From contig NW_027362763.1 of the NCBI RefSeq assembly GCF_046119375.1, forward strand, positions 420,298,001 to 420,362,000: a stretch of DNA of 64,000 bases. The letters are read 5' to 3'. The notes under the pieces are model-generated. The model saw only the letters and a program-made list of their open reading frames with translations. It searched no databases and had not been told where the DNA came from. The stretch is from Phyllobates terribilis. Taxonomy: Eukaryota. Positions 63,391 to 64,000 of the stretch are shown here, piece after piece (within the stretch, counting starts at the first letter, position 1; every line of letters begins with the position of its first letter). A program made the position numbers and the translations under genes.

Positions 63391-63395
63391 ATATA

Positions 63396-64000
63396 CGAGG
63401 GTCAGTCAATAAGTAATGCCTCCTATTTTTTTTCTCCTTAAATAAGGCAGTTATGTTAAATATTCGAATTTGGCACAATTCCTCAAACCTTCTTCTCCAA
63501 TCCACAGCAGTTGCAACTTCCTGCACCAACAGGTGGCAGGACTGTATCCGTTTGCAAAATGGCTGACATCGATGTTCGTATTAGACAATGTTCTGTGATT
63601 GAATTCTTGCATGCAGAAGGTGAAATGCCCATTCGAATTCATGAGAGACTGAAAAATGTGTACGGTGATGCAACAGTGGATGTCAGTACTGTTAGACGAT
63701 GGGCTCGTCGCTGTAACACAGCTGAAGGGCCATCACCGTTGGCTGACAAAATGCGGAGTGGCAGGCTAGTAACCGCAGTGACTCCAAGCAACATTCAGCG
63801 AGTCGATGACATCATTCGTGGTGACCGCCGGGTGACTGCAGATGAATTGTGTGGCATTATCTGCCTCAGTAAAGGCAGTGTGATGAAAATTATTGCACAA
63901 CTGGGATACAGAAAAGTTTGTGCACGGTGGGTCCCAAGAATGCTTTTTACCATGCTGGAATACATGCCCTTGTTAAACGGTGGACCAAGACTGTGGAAAT
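63396..64000 (+). mobile_element. mariner element, left end (irritans-like terminus), truncated by window end
   Basis: TA followed by CGAGGGTCAGTCAATAAG terminus, then a transposase start. Confidence 0.85.
63559..64000 (+). CDS. mariner transposase N-terminus (partial)
   Basis: My translation: MADIDVRIRQCSVIEFL...VYGD...STVRRW...RSGR...DRRVT...LGYRKVCARWVPRML. The WVPxxL motif is diagnostic; sequence after about 63945 may not be transposase. Confidence 0.85.
   Translation, partial: MADIDVRIRQCSVIEFLHAEGEMPIRIHERLKNVYGDATVDVSTVRRWARRCNTAEGPSPLADKMRSGRLVTAVTPSNIQRVDDIIRGDRRVTADELCGIICLSKGSVMKIIAQLGYRKVCARWVPRMLFTMLEYMPLLNGGPRLWK

Overview
Eukaryotic, TE-saturated genomic DNA, most likely from a frog (anuran). 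The taxon is inferred from T2/Kolobok MITEs, a tRNA-derived SINE, Tc1, L1, chromovirus Gypsy, DIRS and Penelope elements. No host protein-coding gene is recognisable. Bases 1-10244 are a 39-bp tandem array with a ~4-kb higher-order duplication, probably sitting inside a non-autonomous hAT element. The rest is a stack of nested mobile elements whose ends and target-site duplications (TSDs) can mostly be read directly: three Tc1, MITEs, solo LTRs, a four-level nest (repeat > L1 > Gypsy > DIRS), a 10.5-kb hAT holding a second Gypsy, a Penelope element and the start of a mariner. The most informative sequence signals are an 8-bp core shared by both DIRS junctions and the DIRS circle junction, Tf1-type self-priming complementarity in both Gypsy elements, two hammerhead-like motifs, and a 28-bp inversion that flips a Tc1 start codon.
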